Source of the DNA: Piromyces finnis finn
Lineage: Eukaryota > Fungi > Neocallimastigomycota
Assembly (NCBI GenBank): GCA_002104945.1
Contig: MCFH01000058.1
Span: 1-64,000, forward strand
DNA: 64,000 nucleotides
Direction: 5' to 3'
Below the pieces are notes generated by a model that made no database searches, had not been told where the DNA came from, and saw only the letters and a list, made by a program, of their open reading frames with translations. Both the position numbers and the translations under genes were made by a program. Of the stretch, positions 14,301 through 27,971 are shown piece after piece. How positions within the stretch are numbered: position 1 is the stretch's first letter; each line of letters begins with the position of its first letter.

Positions 14301-17300
14301 TCAGTAGAAATCCTATGACCAAGGAAATCAATAAAAGAAACAAAGAACTCGCATTTTTCCAATTTAGCATAGAGCCCAGCATCCCTCAGGTGTTTCAAAA
14401 CAGTTTTGACATGAGATATATGAGATTTATAATCAGAGGAAAAAATAATAATATCATCTATGTAAGAGAAAGCGAATTTACCAAGAACGTCTTCAAGAAC
14501 ATCATTAATGAAATGTTGAAAAACAGCAGGTGCATTTTTCAACCCAAAAGGCATCACACAGTATTCAAAATGACCTAACTTGCAAGTAAAAGCGGTTTTA
14601 TATTCATCACCACTTTTAATCCTGACCAAGTTATAGGCAGAACGAAGATCCAATTTTGAGAAAATCTTCCCTTTTCCAAGATGTTCAAGCATATCTTGTA
14701 TAAGAGGAAGGGGATAAGAATCACGAATAGTTATGGAGTTTAATTGGCGATAGTCAACACACATACGAAGTTGACCGTTTTTCTTAGGTACAAACAGAAT
14801 AGGAGCTCCCGCAGGCGATTTTGATTTTCTAATAAATCCTTTCTTGAGATTTTCTTTTATATATTCTTCTAAAGCAATTGATTCGGTTTCTGTTAGAGGA
14901 TAAATCGGTCCATAAAACAGTTTTGAATTTTCTTTGAGTTTTATTTCACAATCGTATGGACGGTGTGGAGGAAGTTTTTCAGCATTAGATTCATTGAAGA
15001 CATCAGCAAAGTCAGAGAGAACATCCGGAAGTATAATAGAAGAATTGGGTTCTGATTTAGAGTTTGAATCGGATTTGAGAATAGAATTGGATTGAATATT
15101 AGAATCAGAAAAAGAAGTCAGAACAGAAGTTGGTTCTTGATTTGAGAGAGACGAAGTAGAAAAGTTAACAGAAGACTTCTTAGAAACAGAATTGTTAATA
15201 TTTTTTGAAGAACCCGAACAGAGAATAGTACAAGTACGATTAGTTTCGTTTTGAGATTGGATGTTTTGTTTATCGACAAATATAGGGTAAGCGAATGAAT
15301 CATGCGGAGGTTCGTAGGAAGGATCTTCCATTGCAGGAAAAGCAGATCTTTCTTCAGGAAATTCAGGGACATTATTGGAGAGTGTTATACAACGATTATA
15401 ACAGTAATCGGATACAAATAAAATTTTGTTCTTTGTGAAATCGATAGAAGGATTGTGTTCTTTAAGCCAATCTATTCCAAGAATACAAGGATAATAAGGT
15501 AGATCAGTTACATAGAATTGTGTTCGACAGAGATGATCTTTGTAGCGAAGATTCAAAGGAGATGTAATTCCAAAAAGAGATTGTCGACCACCGATACCAA
15601 CGATATTTGGGAGGTTACCATCATCATGATAAGGAATGTTATTATCGTTACAGTAATCTACATCAATTAAATTAAGTTTGGATCCTGAGTCAATAAGAAT
15701 ATCCGTATTTAGTTCATAAGAAAGTTTAAATTTAGTTGTCATTTTATTATGAGTTTTGTTTTCTTCTTTAGGAGCGGATATAAGTGTGGGAATAGATATT
15801 AGTGAAGGATTTTCACGATCTTTATTCTTTCTTTTTGGACAATTATTAAGCTTATGACTTGAAGCACCACAATACACACAAAGATTTTCTTTCTTTCTTC
15901 TTTCCTTTTCTTCGTTTGAGATAGGGCCATGGTTATTCCTGTTTGTAATGGACTTTGTTATTTTTGAAGAGTGATGAAAAGATCTTTTCTTTCGGTTTTG
16001 GTCATTGTTTGAACCAGAAGGGAAAAAGGTATGATGTGTAGATAATCTTGAATCGATTCTTGAAGCAATAGTCTGTAATGAAAGAAGATCCCTAGGACCC
16101 GGAAACATTTCCAAAATACGAACGGCAACTTGTTGATTAAGGCCAGCTATAAATGCATCCATTTTGGCTTGTTCATTCCAGTTTGATTCATCAGCATAGC
16201 GGTTAAATTCCAAGATATAGCCTCTAATTCCTCCTAATCGGCGTTGTTTTAAGGTTCTAAGCATTTGATTTGCAACATAGGTAGCATCGTTATATCCATA
16301 AAAAGCCTTAAACCTGTCAACAAAAGCTTGGTAGTTATTAAGACACGGATCATGGTTGTTTATAAGAGTAGCAGCCCAATTCATAGCGTCCCCATAAAGT
16401 CTTGATATTATATAGAGAATTTTGGTTGCGTCGTCTTGATACCGTTCAGGATATAGCATAAACACTAGCTCCACCTTAGCTAAGAAACCCTTCAGATACC
16501 TGCGATCCCCTGCAAAACCATCCTTAAGAGTTGCGTTTTCGAAAATATTATTATTATCCATGTGGTTGTTTTCGTTCTCTTCCATAGTACTTATGATGTT
16601 TTCTTTAATAAGCTTTAATAAATTTGTAAAAATAATAGAATAAAGTATTTAATTATATTTATTAATTGAGTAAATCTTTTTATTAAATAATAATATAAAC
16701 CAGATTATATAGTGTTAAACCATCAAATATATAACCTGTTTTATTCTTTATAATAAGTCCTTCGTAGCTCTTCACGATAACACGTATAAAGTCGATTGTT
16801 AATATTAATTAAATTAATAAAAGAAAGGAACGGTGTAAAAATTTTTTTTAGTGTCTAACTTATTGTTAGCAATAAAAATTATTACAGGTTTTCTTTCCCT
16901 ATATCAACCTTATCCGAACGTGGAAGTATTATGTATAAGAGTTTAACTTCTCACGCTAAAGGAGTTATAAAGAATATTATTATATATTATTACAATTTTA
17001 ATAAATTGTCTTAACAATTAATAATTATAATTAAAAATTAGAAATTGTTTTATTAGAAAACTTAATTTTAAAATGTATTAATTAAGAAATATTATTTTAT
17101 TAAAGTAAGGCATTTCCGGCTATTTTCCGGTCTATAATCAAACAGCAAAAGATAGTATACAACTATAAATCTCACGCCAGCTTGCTTATTACAGCGTCTT
17201 GTACGTGGTGTACCTCGGATTCTCCTACTTCCTTATTCAAAGTAGAATAGCTCAGAGCCTGCCAACCCAATTATTGTACAGGTTAAACTCGATCCCGTTA

Positions 17301-17914
17301 ATCTTTTACTTTTTATAGTTTGAATTATATACCGCTTCTAAAGCGTACTAATTCTACTACTTTAAGTAAAAATATTTCTTTAAAGAAAAGCTTCAACAAT
17401 AAAACTTAAAAGTTTTATCTATAACAATTTCTTAAACACTAAGGTATTAAGCTTTTATATTATAAGGAGATTTTATTGTAAAGAAATGTGTCTTTAACAA
17501 TAAAACAAATTATAATATTTACTAAATAACTTAGTAATATTAACACTTTAAAATATTCTGTAAATTATTAATTTATAAAAATATCATTAAAAACACATAG
17601 AATTTAACTTAATAAGTTAGTGTTTAATAATATAATTATTTATTAATAAAATCTCGATTCTTTAAAATATTTGGGAAAATTCACTCGTATTTATACTAAA
17701 ATTTTTTAAATTAATTTATAAAATTTTTTCAACTTAAAATTCTTAACCAATCAATAATCTTCATATAAAATAAAATTTAAAAATAAAATAAAATAAAATA
17801 AAATTATAATTTTTTTAAAATAGTATCTATGAGGTCTCGAACTAGTGTCATTCAGACTCAAAGTCTTAGCTACTAACCACTAAGACAATTTAGTTATTTC
17901 TAGTATTCGTTACA
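11392..17914 (-). mobile_element. Full-length chromovirus-type Ty3/Gypsy element G
   Basis: 438-bp LTRs 11392-11829 and 17477-17914, apparently identical, TG..CA; TSD CAGGT (11387-11391, 17915-17919); PPT GGAGGAGGACCA on the minus strand. Confidence 0.96.
12143..16585 (-). pseudogene. G gag-pol (Gag-CCHC, PR, RT, RNase H, IN, chromodomain) with one in-frame TAA at 14276-14278
   Basis: ORFs 14276-16585 and 12143-14158 are in the same frame; [54 protein letters not shown]. Confidence 0.92.
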
Positions 17915-20554
17915 CAGGTACACCGGCTAGTAACTTAGACTTTCGAATGAAACCTTTTTCAAGATTTTCATTAATATATTTTTTTAATGTTTCTAATTCG
18001 ACAACTGTTAATGAATATATGGGACCAAAATATAATTGACTATTTGGTATTAAGTCAATCGAAATGTTATAAACTCGATGAAGTGGGAGTTTGTCGGCTT
18101 CCACCTTTTCGAACACCTTCGTTAAATTGAGGTAGTATTTTTTTATAATATCTTCTTTGGCTAAAGCTTTGCTGGTAGATACATCCTCGGTAACCTCCCT
18201 ATCTATGATAGTTCCCATCTCTATCATAGCGTTGCACCAATTGTAGTTGTGGTCTTGGATTTCTTCTTCTGTAATATTCTCCGGGATAATAGAGTCGTTA
18301 ATACAATTTTCATTATAAACCATTGTAGCTGTAACATCTTTTGATTTAAAAACAAATTTATTACCTCTACAAGACTTACAATGATCTTTGAAATAATAAT
18401 CCAAGAAATATATTTTATTTGTTTTAAAATTAATATAAGGGTTATGAATTGCAAGCCAATCCCTTCATAGAATTCCACAAATGCCATGAAGTTGAAGATT
18501 GCCAATATAAAATTCATAATCATCAGCATGATCTATTAACTTGAGCTTCAAAGGGGCAGTAACATGTCTGACGGTCATGTTTTTACTGTTGGGAAGCTGA
18601 ATATTGATGAGAGAGGTGAGACCTGAAGTTGGTATTTTGTTGTTAGTAGCGAAGGTTCGGCAGATAAAACTTTTCTCAGATCTTGAGTAAATCAAGAAAT
18701 TATATTTGATGATTTTCCCCTTTATTTGAATAGTGAAAACAGTTGTCATTGAGGTTTTATTATTAGGAGTGTAATTTGCTGATAAAACTTCATTCTTAGT
18801 CTTGTCCTTTCTTTGGTTGAACGATGTGAACTTATTTTCCACTTTAGTTAAGTCGTGCTTCTTTTTTTCAAAAGATTTATGATGTTTTCCATGAATTTTA
18901 CTTGGTTTATGTCTGATATAGCTTTTTAAGTAGCATTTCCTATCAATACCTATGATAGCATTGGTAGCCTCAAACAAGGTGCTTGGTTTTTCAATCTTGT
19001 CATACTCTTCGCGGACTTGGTCTAGTAGACCCTTTCCAATAATATCTATGAACACTTCGTCTTGCCATCCTATCCTACTTACGATACGGCGGAATTCAAT
19101 AGTGTAGCCAGTTACTTTCCCCAATTGTTGCTGTTTCAACTTCCATAACTTTTCCATAAGAACATATTTTCCTTTTCTGCTATCCCCTCCATCAAAGTTC
19201 CTTAAAAGTAATTCCTTAAAACTATCATATCTTAAATTCTTCAGAGTTCCATCGGCCAACAGAGATAGCTCCCATTTTCTAGTGGTTCCATGTAACTTGT
19301 TTATGATGAAAGAACTCTTGTTGTCGTCGTTCAAGAAAGAGTTGGGATATTCTGCGAAAAAGTCCTTACTCTGAGCAATAGTTTCCAATAAGCTAGGTGC
19401 GTCTTGATTTTCCAATTCTTTTGCAAGAATCCCATTAAGTGAAAGGAATGTTGGTAAAATATCAGTTAGGGTAGCTATTAACTTGGAAGTTTCAATAGTT
19501 GCATTATTGCTCCTTGGAATATTTTCTTGAATGACTTGACTATTACTATTGAATTCCATATTATCTATATTTTAAATTATAAAAATAAAATAAGATCAGT
19601 GTAGAATACAATATTATTTATTGATATTATTATATTTTTGTTAGTAGTACTGTAGTATATTTTAATTATAAAATTGTTGATAATGTTTTATAATACAATA
19701 AAGTTTATATATTTTTTATTATTATCTATTACTAAATATTATTATTATTAACTATTATTATTGTTACTATTATTAATTATTTTTTTTTGGAAAATATAAC
19801 TTTTTTATATATTTATAACAGTATTTAATTAATTGGCTAAAAAAATTCTTTTTTATTTGATTGGTAATAATATTTTTTTTACATTATTAGAAATTTTTAT
19901 ATATATCAATAATATATTATATTTATTGATTTTTTATAAAATTTATATTGTGAATTGAATCTTTAATATTAATGAATAATAATTATTAAACAATTTGATG
20001 TAAAAGAGTTATTATTGTAATAATTATTATATATATATAATATATAATAATAATTAATATTGTTAAACTGAGAAAATACAAATAAAACTTTATACTTATC
20101 TTAAAAGGTGTTTATTATAAGGAGACATAATAAACAACACAACTTTAATGCTATTTTGTTTAAAAATATTTATTAATATTCTTTTTAATAAAGGTTATTT
20201 ATTATAATTGTTCTTATAATAATAACTCTGGATTCTTTAGTAGAATCCAAGAGTTCTTTTATTTATAATTTTGAAGAAATTTAAAGTTTAATGAATAATT
20301 TCTAATATTAACAAATAATCTTTTTAAGAAAAGACTAGAAGAAAAACCTAAAAAGATATTCGATTGATAACTAACATATCAATTATCGTAATATTAAGTA
20401 AAACCGAAAATATATTTCGGAAAAACCTTAATATCCAATTTTTCCTAATAGTTTTCTATTTGTTTCTATAATTTACTGTTAATATAAAATAATTAACATA
20501 AAATTAATAAAATGAAATGTATAATGTTACTTTAAAATGTACAAAAATGTAATA

Positions 20555-21169
20555 TATAAAAATATCAAACGCCTCAACTTGATATCTTTAATGTAACTTA
20601 AGCCATAAGTATTATTGTTTAAGTTAAATTATATTACAGAAAAAGAAAATGGGACATAATTTATTTATTAATAATTAAAGTTTGAAACAAAATAAATTGT
20701 TAATTTATTTTTAATATTTTACAAATATATTAAATTTCTCAATTTAATTTCTTAGTTTTAGTATTGTTTTTGATAGAAAAAGATGAATAGTATATAAATA
20801 ATAAATGATTAATATATAAATAATACATGGGCACATATTCAAATTAAATAGTACTTGATTTGAATTGCCTATTTAATTTTACTAAAATAGTTATAGTTTA
20901 AATATTTTATTAATAATTAAGATTTTAGTGTAGGTTTTAAATAATAATATATTTTAAATAAATAGTTATAATATAATATAAATGTATTTAGGAAAAATAT
21001 AAATAGAAAATATTTTTCATCATTTTATCAATGTAATTGTTATTATTAATAAATTTCTATTATAATAAAGATATTTTTAAAAAAACAATTTTTATTTTTA
21101 TTTTTTTAATTTTGGTATTATTGTAATAGAATAGATATCCTAATCTATTCTTTTAGTGTTAATATTACA
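20555..21169. mobile_element. Family K solo LTR 1
   Basis: Matches 24354-24970; no matching TSD. Confidence 0.82.
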
Positions 21170-21730
21170 AAAGGTACAAAAAGGCTAGTTATTTCAGCAA
21201 ACCAAAAAAATATATTATAAATAAGGATGTAGGTAAAAAATTTGTAAATATAACAATAGGTCAGCTACTTGAAATTAGTCCTAAATTGAAAACAGAACTT
21301 TCAAAAGCATTAAAATTTTCTAAAATTATTGAGGATGAATCAACAATTCTTTCTACCATAAGATAAAGTTGTGAAAACAAAATGCAAAATAGAAGGAATA
21401 TAAATTACTGTATATTTGGATTCTTGTTCATTTAAGTATGATTACTAAAAGGTTCTTATTAGGAAATAAAATTCCATTAAACCAGTTTCAATAATTTCAA
21501 AAATTAGATAAACTTTATATCAAGCCTATTCTAATACTACTATTGAGTCTCACTTATGAAATTGAAATCACTATTGGTGATATAACATCTAAAGAAATAT
21601 TTGACTTATTGAAAAAGAAGATATATTCCGAGTTTTAATTGGTGTAGAAACTCTAGCCAATATGAAATTAATTATGGATTTTTCTGATCATACCTTATAT
21701 CAAAAAACTAGTGATATTCACAAAACTGGA

Positions 21731-22334
21731 TGTAATGGCGACACAGAAAGAATAGATTAGGATATCTATTCTATTACAATAACACTAAATTTAAAATAAA
21801 AATAAAAAATTGTTTTATTAAAAATATCTTTTATTATAATAGAATTTTAATAATAACAATTACATCGATAAAATGATGAAAAATATCTTCTATTTATATT
21901 TTTCCTAAATACATTTATATTATATTATAACTATTTATTTCTTATATATTATTATTTAAAATCTACACTAAAATCTTAATTATTAATAAATATTTAAACT
22001 ATAACTATTTTTAGTAAAATACAATTGGCAATTCAAATTAAGTACTATTCAATTTGAATATGTGCCCATGTATTATTGATATATTAATCATTTATTATTT
22101 ATTTATTTCTATGAAAAAACAATACTAAAACTAGGGATTTAAATTGAGAATTTTAATTTACCTGTTAAACACTAAAAATAAACTAATAATTTATTTTGTT
22201 TTAAACTTTAATTATTAATAAATAAATTATGTCTCATTTTCTTTTTCTGAATATAATTTGTGTAACTTAAACAATAATACTTGTGGCTTAAGTTACATTA
22301 AAGATATCAAACAGAGGCGTTTGATATCTTTACA
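21731..22334. mobile_element. Family K solo LTR 2 (inverted relative to 1)
   Basis: TGTAATGG...GATATCTTTACA; TSD CTGGA on both sides. Confidence 0.88.
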
Positions 22335-24353
22335 CTGGATTTTTTGAAAGTATTAATGAAATAAACCAAATTAATTTAATAGAAGAATTCGATGAAGAAA
22401 TTAATTAAGATGCATTAATATACTACTTAACTAGTCAGAATGATAAATACCATGATTTAAAAATAAAAATTACTAGTGATTCTAAATTACAACTTATTAA
22501 TCAAATAGAGATAATTTTGGAAAATCAAAATTATTAGCTTATGAAATTAAATTAAATCAGGATGATCCTATTAAACAGAAAATATATCGTATTTCTAACA
22601 AAGAACATATGGAGATTCTAAAAGAAGAAATAGGGAAGCTTTTAAAGAATGACTTAATAGAACCACCGCAATCATCTTGGTCTTCTCCAGTTTTATTAGT
22701 ACCAAAAAAGAATGGAAATGGAGAATGTGTGTCGTTTATAGAAAATTAAATTCTATAACAATAAAAGATTTATATCCACTTCCATATATCGAAGAAATAT
22801 TATTTTCTATTGGTTCATTTCTCTTTGAGAGGTTGCTGGAGCATTATATAAATCAAAAGGTATTTCTTTATAATTATAATTTCCAAATATTGTTTTAAAA
22901 CATATTTTATCAATATCTTCTTTCTTCATTGGTATTTGATGGAAACCAGAGAATAAATTCAACGTAGATAAATATTTTACATTTTTACTAATCGCATATT
23001 TCTACCACTTATTAGAAAATGTTTATATGTCTATATGAATTATCTTTTAGTATTTTCTCCAAGCCTAGAACAACATATATTAGATTTTATGAAGATTATT
23101 AAATAATTAATATTTAAATAATTTATTTAATAACTTTCAAGAGAAAAACTAATTTCTCAATCACAAAAAATTTTTATTGTGTTACGTGAACCAAAGTTAT
23201 TTTTCACTTAGTGTAAAACATGGAATTCATAATAAATAAAATTCAAAAAATTAATGAAAATCTCTTAGAGAATTTTCAAAAAGATTTATATTAAGATTTT
23301 TTATCATTTAATATTTTGAAATTAAATTATTATATTTTAAGGATAGTTTTATATTGAATAGAAATATAAATGAATTAGATATATTATAATGTAATTGTAA
23401 AAAATATAAATAGTTCGAAATTTCATGTAAATTTAAATAATCATAATTGTTATTGACTACTTAATAGTCAATAACATTCTAGTAAAAAAATATTTTCATA
23501 AAAAAAATAAAACTATAAATTATAAGTGTATTTCAGAATTTAGAGTAATTGAAGTTTTCAGTTTTGTTTAATCTAGTGTTTTACAAAACTTCACAGATCC
23601 TTAAAAAATATTTAATATAATAAAAGAATAAAAGAAAATGGTATAAAAGCAAATTTATCTAAATGAAATTTCTTGAAACAAGAAGTTGAAGTCCTTGGTC
23701 ATATCTTATCTGTAGAAGGTGTCAAACTAGTTGAAAAGAAAATTGAAACTATTAAAAATTGGAAGTCACCAACAAACCTTACACAGCTAAGATCATTTTT
23801 AGGAGCTATAGGATATTACAGGAAGTTTATAAAAGATTTTGCCAAAATTGCTCATCCATTATTTAAATTATTAAAAAAAGGTGTGGAATTTGAATGGACA
23901 TTTGAAACTGAAGAAAGTTTCCAAATACTAAAAGAAAGATTGATTAAGTCTCCTATTTTAAAATATCCTGACTATAAAAAATGTTTTATTATAAGAAATA
24001 ATGCATCACTTAATGGTATTAGTGGTGTACTACTTCAAAAAGATGAAAATAATGTTGAACATCCAATTTATTATGTTAGTAGGTCTTTAAATGGTAGCGA
24101 ACTTAATTATAGTATAACTGACTTAGAAGGAACCGCAGCTTTTTATTGTTGTAAGAAAATTCTAAATCTTATAAGTGGAAATAAAGAAGAAACAATAGAA
24201 TATACTGACCATAAACCTTTAGTTGGTTTATTTAATAATAAAGAACCAAATAATGCTCGTCAGATACGCTGGGTTACTAAACTTAGTATGCTCAAAGTAA
24301 AAGTCAAATATGAACTATGAAAGAAAAATGTAGTCGCTGATATATTATCTAAA

Positions 24354-24970
24354 TGTAAAGATATCAAACGCCTCAGCTTGATATCTTTAATGTAACTTTA
24401 GCCACAAGTATTATTGTTTAAGTTACACAATTTATATTACAGAAAAAGAAAATGAGACATAATTTATTTATTAATAATTAAAGTTTGAAACAAAATAAAT
24501 TATTAATTTATTTTTAGTGTTTAACAGGTAAATTAAAATTCTCAATTTAAATCCCTAGTTTTAGTATTGTTTTTTCATAGAAACAGATAAATAGTATATA
24601 AACAATAAATGATTAATATATAAATAATACATGGGTACATATTCAAATTGAGTGGTACTTGATTTGAATTGCCTATTTTGTTTTACTAAAATAGTTATAG
24701 TTTAAATATTTTATTAATAATTAAGATTTTAGCATAGGTTTTAAATAATAATATATAGTGAATAAATAGTTATAATATAATATAAATGTTTTTAGGAAAA
24801 ATATAAATAGAAAATATTTTTCATCATTTTATCAATGTAATTGTTATTAATAAAATTTCTATTATAATAAAAGATATTTTTTAATAAAACAATTTTTATT
24901 TTTATTTTAATTTTAGTGTTATTGTAATAGAATAGATATCCTAATCTATTCTTTTAGTGTCAACATTACA
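24354..24970. mobile_element. Family K solo LTR 3
   Basis: TGTAAAGATATC...AACATTACA; flanks CTAAA/CTAGA. Confidence 0.88.
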
Positions 24971-25351
24971 CTAGACTAATACCGGATGGTAAAAATAATA
25001 CAAAAATTTCATTAGCTACCTTTAATTATAATAATGACTAAACCACTAAAAATAATATTTTAAACTCAAATAAAAATTTCTACTCTAAAAATAATGAAAA
25101 TAGTGAAATACAATCTATTCTTGTAATTTTAATAATTCATGTAATAATGATAAATAAAAATATTAATATTAACTCTTATATTGATAAAAATATTGACTTA
25201 AATAAAATTTTTTGTGTTAATGAAAGTGTATACTCAACTAATAATTCTAAAATTAATAATATTGATTTAAATAATTATATTTCTACTAATAATAATTCAT
25301 ATGAAAATAAAAGTATAAATTTTAAAAATAATATTGATAAAAGCCAGAACG

Positions 25352-25969
25352 TGTAATATTGACACAGAAAGAATAGATTAGGATATTTATTCTATTACAA
25401 TAACACTAAATTTTAAATAAAAAATAAAAATTGTTTTATAAAAATATCTTTTTTATTATAATAGAGATTTTAATAATAACAATTACATTGATAAAATGAT
25501 GAAAAATATTTTCTATTTATATTTTTCCTAAAAACATTTATATTATATTATAACTATTTATTCACTATATATTATTATTTAAAACCTATGCTAAAATCTT
25601 AATTATTAATAAAATATTTAAACTATAACTATTTTAGTAAAACAAAATAGGCAATTCAAATCAAGTACCACTCAATTTGAATATGTACCCATGTATTATT
25701 TATATATTAATCATTTATTGTTTATATACTATTTATCTGTTTCTATGAAAAAACAATACTAAAACTAGGGATTTAAATTGAGAATTTTAATTTACCTGTT
25801 AAACACTAAAAATAAATTAATAATTTATTTTGTTTTAAGCTTTAATTATTAATAAATAAATTATGTTTCATTTTCTTTTTCTGTAATATAATTTGGGTAA
25901 CTTAAACAATAATATTTGTTGCTTAAGTTACATTAAAGATATCAAGCTGAGGCGTTTGATATCTTTACA
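25352..25969. mobile_element. Family K solo LTR 4 (inverted relative to 3)
   Basis: Reverse complement of K3; flanks GAACG/AAACG. Confidence 0.88.
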
Positions 25970-27888
25970 AAACGATAATTTTAATTTTGAAAATAATGAA
26001 ATAACTAATATTTGTAATAAAGTAATGAATAATGATAATGATACTACTGACTTAAATGATTTTTGTAACTTTAATAATAATCTAGATATTAATAAAAACA
26101 ATATTCCTAAATTAAATGAAAATATTACAGCTAGTTATTATAATTCTAATATTCATAATAGGCATAATAATATTCATGAATTTGATCCATCTAATATTTT
26201 TAACACTGATAAAAATAATTATTTTAATATATAAAATAAAATAAAAATATCTTCAGTACCATCTGAAAATGAAAAAGATGAATTATTAGACAATTATACT
26301 GACTCAGAAGCGGTACTTGTAACTGACACATCTATTGATACTAGTGAAAATAATTCAAATGAATATCCAGGAAGTAATAAAATTAAAGAATTTTTTAAAA
26401 AGAAAATTATTTTAATAAATGGAACAAAATATTAAAAAGATGGTGACAATATTAGAAAAGTTATTGAAGATAAAAAAGAGAAAATAGAATTACTATTAGC
26501 TGTATTCAATAGGTCATGAAGGATTATATAAAACTTATAATAGATTAAAGAAAAATTATTATTGGAAAAATATGTCTAAAGATGTAGAACTACTTGTAAA
26601 AACTTGTCATAATTGTCAATTGAAGAGGCCTCAACATATTAATAGTGATACTGGACCATTTGCTACAAAACCAGATCTACCATTCACTAGAGTTGGTCTA
26701 GATATTATTGGACCACTTCCAATAACTAAAAATAATAACAGATACATAATAGTACTTGTAGCCTATTTCACCAAATGGGTTGAAGCTGAATCACTAAAGT
26801 CAATTAAATCTATTAATGTTATAAAGTTTCTTACAAATGTAATTTCTAGACATGGTACTCCAGAAATATTAATTACTGATAATGGTCTACAATTCACTTC
26901 TGATGCTACAAAAGGCTTTCTTGACTTATATAGTATATATGTTCAATATTCTAGTACTTATCATCCAGAAACAAATGAACATGTAGAAAATCATAATAGA
27001 GAAATTGTTAAAAATATTCGGCTATTAGGTAACTCAAATAAAGAATGGGACGAAGTTCTTCCATCAGCTTTATTAGCTCTACGTACTTGTAAAAATGAAG
27101 TAACAAAATTTTTTAGCTTTGAATTATATGGTCGTACTGATCTTCAACCATTTGAACTTATGATAGAATATAATAACAAAAATGAATATGAAACTGCAGA
27201 AGAATATTTAATAAATAAATTTACTACACATTAGGAATGAATTATTGAAGTTTCTAAAAATATTCAGAATGTTAATAAATTATGGGAAAATAGAAGAAAA
27301 TAAAAAGTCACAATGAATACTGCATTTTCAGCCGGTGATTTAGTACTTGTTAGAAATTTTTCAAGAAGAAAGCTAGATCCATTTTTCATTTTTCATTTTT
27401 CATTGGACCTTTCTGTCAAAAAATAAAAAAAAAAACATTTAATTCTTTTTATTTTTATTCTTCTTCTTCTTATTATTATATATCGGTATATTAGTTTATA
27501 ATTTAATATTTATGTGTGGTTTTTAAAATTAAAAAATAACTTTTCTATTTATAATGTTAAAAAATAATGAAATAATTTTATGTATTTTATTTACTATTTA
27601 TTAATTATATAATTATATTATTTATTTTTATGTATTAATTAAATTAATCATATGAAAAGTATAATTTTATTTAATATTATATAAATATATATTTTTTACT
27701 ATTATTAAAATTTTGTTCTTTTCATAATATAAGACATTATTAAATAACTTATATTGAATAATAATAAATATAAATAATAAAAATAAATAAATATAAAATA
27801 ATATATAAATTTATTACATATAAAATTTATTTATACAATTTTTTGTGTTATAAAAGATATCATAATAATATTTAATCATAAAATAATA

Positions 27889-27961
27889 TGCGAAGTGTGA
27901 GGTTCGAACTCACGACCTTAAGATTATGAGACTTACGCGCTGCCGACTGCGCCAACTTCGC
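27889..27961 (-). tRNA. tRNA-Met(CAT), elongator type
   Basis: GCGAAGTTGGCGCAGTCGGCAGCGCGTAAGTCTCATAATCTTAAGGTCGTGAGTTCGAACCTCACACTTCGCA; cloverleaf, anticodon CAT, T-loop TTCG. Confidence 0.95.
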
Positions 27962-27971
27962 ATAAACACTT

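Larger units (their letters stand above)
10861..20550 (-). pseudogene. Degraded Ty3/Gypsy element related to E (gag-PR-RT, 5' LTR from 20016), split by G and truncated in RT
   Basis: ORFs 18465-19559 (Gag like E's, protease DSG changed to YSR), 17910-18404, 11104-11331 and 10861-11088 (YLDD). RT reads through the G insertion. LTR at 20016-~20550 with PBS ATAATAACTCT (20005-20015, minus strand). Confidence 0.88.
21170..27420 (+). pseudogene. Heavily degraded non-chromoviral Ty3/Gypsy gag-pol
   Basis: RT start (WSSPVLLVPKK.., ITIKDLYPLP), RNase H ORF 23673-24320, integrase ORF 26572-27234 (CHNCQ, VGLDIIGPLP, TDNG) and a GPF motif near 27400; many stops; no own LTRs found. Confidence 0.88.

Noticed and set aside
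23090-23600. About 500-bp AT-rich insert in the dead RT as another solo LTR
   Set aside because: No clear termini, TSD or second copy found.
20555-25969. Inverted K pairs as TIRs of DNA transposons or foldback elements
   Set aside because: Three units have their own 5-bp TSDs and TG..CA ends, and the enclosed DNA is continuous retroelement sequence.
25147-26234. Asn-rich ORFs as host genes
   Set aside because: Low-complexity spacer of the dead pol; one ORF starts inside a K LTR.
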